Program-made: the position numbers and the translations under genes
The notes under the pieces: model-generated
What the model was told of the DNA's origin: nothing
The model's database searches: none
What the model saw: only the letters and a program-made list of their open reading frames with translations
Origin: an uncultured delta proteobacterium
Lineage (GTDB): Bacteria > Desulfobacterota > Binatia > DP-6
Length of the DNA: 64,000 nucleotides
Direction: 5' to 3'
Assembly (NCBI GenBank): GCA_963815115.1
Contig: CAWFFN010000012.1
Span: 224,001-288,000, forward strand
In this document: positions 62,619-64,000 of the stretch, in pieces
Layout of the letters: every line of letters starts with the position of its first letter
Position numbering within the stretch: the stretch's first letter is position 1

Positions 62619-64000
62619 ATGGGACGGAAGATCCTCTTCATCACGACCGACCAGCAGCGCTACGATGCGCTCGGCTGCAACGGCGGCACGGTGGCGCGCA
62701 CGCCGGTCGCCGATCGGCTGGCGGCGTCGGGCATCAACTACCGGCGCGCCCACAACCAGAACGTGGTCTGCATGCCGGCGCGCTCGACGATGGTCACCGG
62801 GCAGTACGTCCGGACGCACGGCGTGGTCGCCAACGGCGTCGCCCTCCCGGCGGACGCGCCCAGCGTCGCGGCGCACCTGCACGCGCACGGCTATCGCACC
62901 GCGCTCCTCGGCAAGGCGCACTTCGAGCCCGCGATGGACATGCGCGGAAAGTGGACGGAGAACCGCCTCGGGCGCGAGGGCTCCTTCGGGCCGCACCGCG
63001 GCTTCGAGCACATGGAGCTCGCGATGCACGTCCCGCTCGGCGGCTGGCACTACTCGGTCTGGCTGCAGCGCGAGCATCCCGACGCCACCACGGGCTTCGC
63101 CCCGCTGCTGTCGGCGCAGGGCGGCGGTGAGACGGGGGCGCCGGAGGTGGCGTACAACCCGATCCCGCGCGAGTGGTACCACACCGACTGGGTGGCCGAC
63201 CGCACCATCGCGTGGCTCGACTCGCTGCCCGCGGCTGCCGACTGGTTCTGCTGGATGAGCTTCCCCGACCCGCACCATCCCTGGGACCCGCCCGCCTCGG
63301 AGGCGAAGCGGGTGCCGTGGCGCGAGCTCGACCTGCCGCCGGGCCATCCCGGGTCGCCGGAGAAGATCGTCGCCATCCTCGGACAGAAGCCGCGTCACTG
63401 GCTCGAGTGGTGGGAGGGACGCTGGCGCAACTACGAGGGCGGCCCGATGATGTTCATCCCGAAGGACCTGACCCACGATCAGATCCGGGAGGTCAACGCC
63501 CTCACCCACGTCGAGAACGAGCTCATCGACGAGGCGTGCGGCCGCGTCCTGCGCCGCATCGCCGAGCGGGGCTGGGACGCCGAGACCGACGTCTTCTTCA
63601 CCACCGATCACGGCGAGCTGCAGGGTGACTTCGGGCTGCTCTACAAGGGCCCGTATCACACGGACGCGTTGATGCGGATTCCGTTCATCTGGCACCCCGC
63701 TCCGGTCGCCGGTGTCGCGCCGGCCGTGATCGAGGAGCCCGTCGGACAGCTCGACCTCGCCCCCACCTTCTGCCGCATCGCCGGCGTCCCGGTGCCGGAG
63801 TGGATGCAGGGCGCGCCGTTGCCGACGTCGCCCGGCTCTGGACGCGAGCGCGTCCTCACCGAATGGGACAGCCAGTTCGCCCAGATCGGCATGCACCTGC
63901 GCACCATCTATCGCGACGGCTACATCTGCACGGTGTACGAGCAGACCACGCGCGGCGTGGGCTGGGATCTCGCCCGCATGATCGAGGGAGGGCCCGTCCC
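62619..64000 (+). CDS. Sulfatase (partial, runs off the window)
   Basis: MGRKILFITTDQQR, VCMPARST (CxPxR formylglycine motif), GKAHF, SFPDPHHP, FTTDHGE; absent from the ORF track because no stop is reached. Confidence 0.9.
   Translation, partial: MGRKILFITTDQQRYDALGCNGGTVARTPVADRLAASGINYRRAHNQNVVCMPARSTMVTGQYVRTHGVVANGVALPADAPSVAAHLHAHGYRTALLGKAHFEPAMDMRGKWTENRLGREGSFGPHRGFEHMELAMHVPLGGWHYSVWLQREHPDATTGFAPLLSAQGGGETGAPEVAYNPIPREWYHTDWVADRTIAWLDSLPAAADWFCWMSFPDPHHPWDPPASEAKRVPWRELDLPPGHPGSPEKIVAILGQKPRHWLEWWEGRWRNYEGGPMMFIPKDLTHDQIREVNALTHVENELIDEACGRVLRRIAERGWDAETDVFFTTDHGELQGDFGLLYKGPYHTDALMRIPFIWHPAPVAGVAPAVIEEPVGQLDLAPTFCRIAGVPVPEWMQGAPLPTSPGSGRERVLTEWDSQFAQIGMHLRTIYRDGYICTVYEQTTRGVGWDLARMIEGGPV

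Noticed and set aside
41748-63258. Very long ORFs in the track (e.g. 42531-46334, 50496-53717, 59416-63258, and the N-terminal part of 53805-57542)
   Set aside because: Antisense or alternate-frame shadows of real genes, Arg/Ala/Gly/Pro-rich with no motifs, expected at this GC content

Overview
A very GC-rich, densely coding bacterial chromosomal segment of about 60 genes. The gene content (three DUF1302 barrels, DUF1329, MMPL/RND, sigma54 regulators, many SDR/GST/hydrolase genes) suggests a diderm Deltaproteobacteria-like lineage such as Binatia; this is inference only. No rRNA, tRNA, CRISPR array, integrase or intact transposase was seen. Housekeeping genes include thiO, riboflavin synthase, pcs, glpK, a DAHP synthase-like gene, type II PanK, coaE, glpD, msrA and prlC. 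Most notable: (1) a translationally coupled envelope operon DUF1302-YCF48-MMPL-GldA/F/G-like ABC-DUF4340-DUF1329-lipoprotein, plus two further DUF1302 paralogs with Cys-bounded variable loops; (2) two sigma54 modules with visible -24/-12 promoters and enhancer palindromes, one driving two unknown small membrane proteins and one driving an orphan divergent ketosynthase beside a PDZ/multi-TM kinase-NtrC pair; (3) many promoter-like elements abutting start codons (leaderless architecture); (4) a four-copy REP-like palindrome; (5) several ORFs missed by the track (CcmD tail, a 40-aa basic peptide followed by a three-frame stop repeat, a deleted dehalogenase, a sulfatase). At least three single-base frameshifts look like long-read errors. 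All family calls come from recognising motifs by eye, not from database searches.
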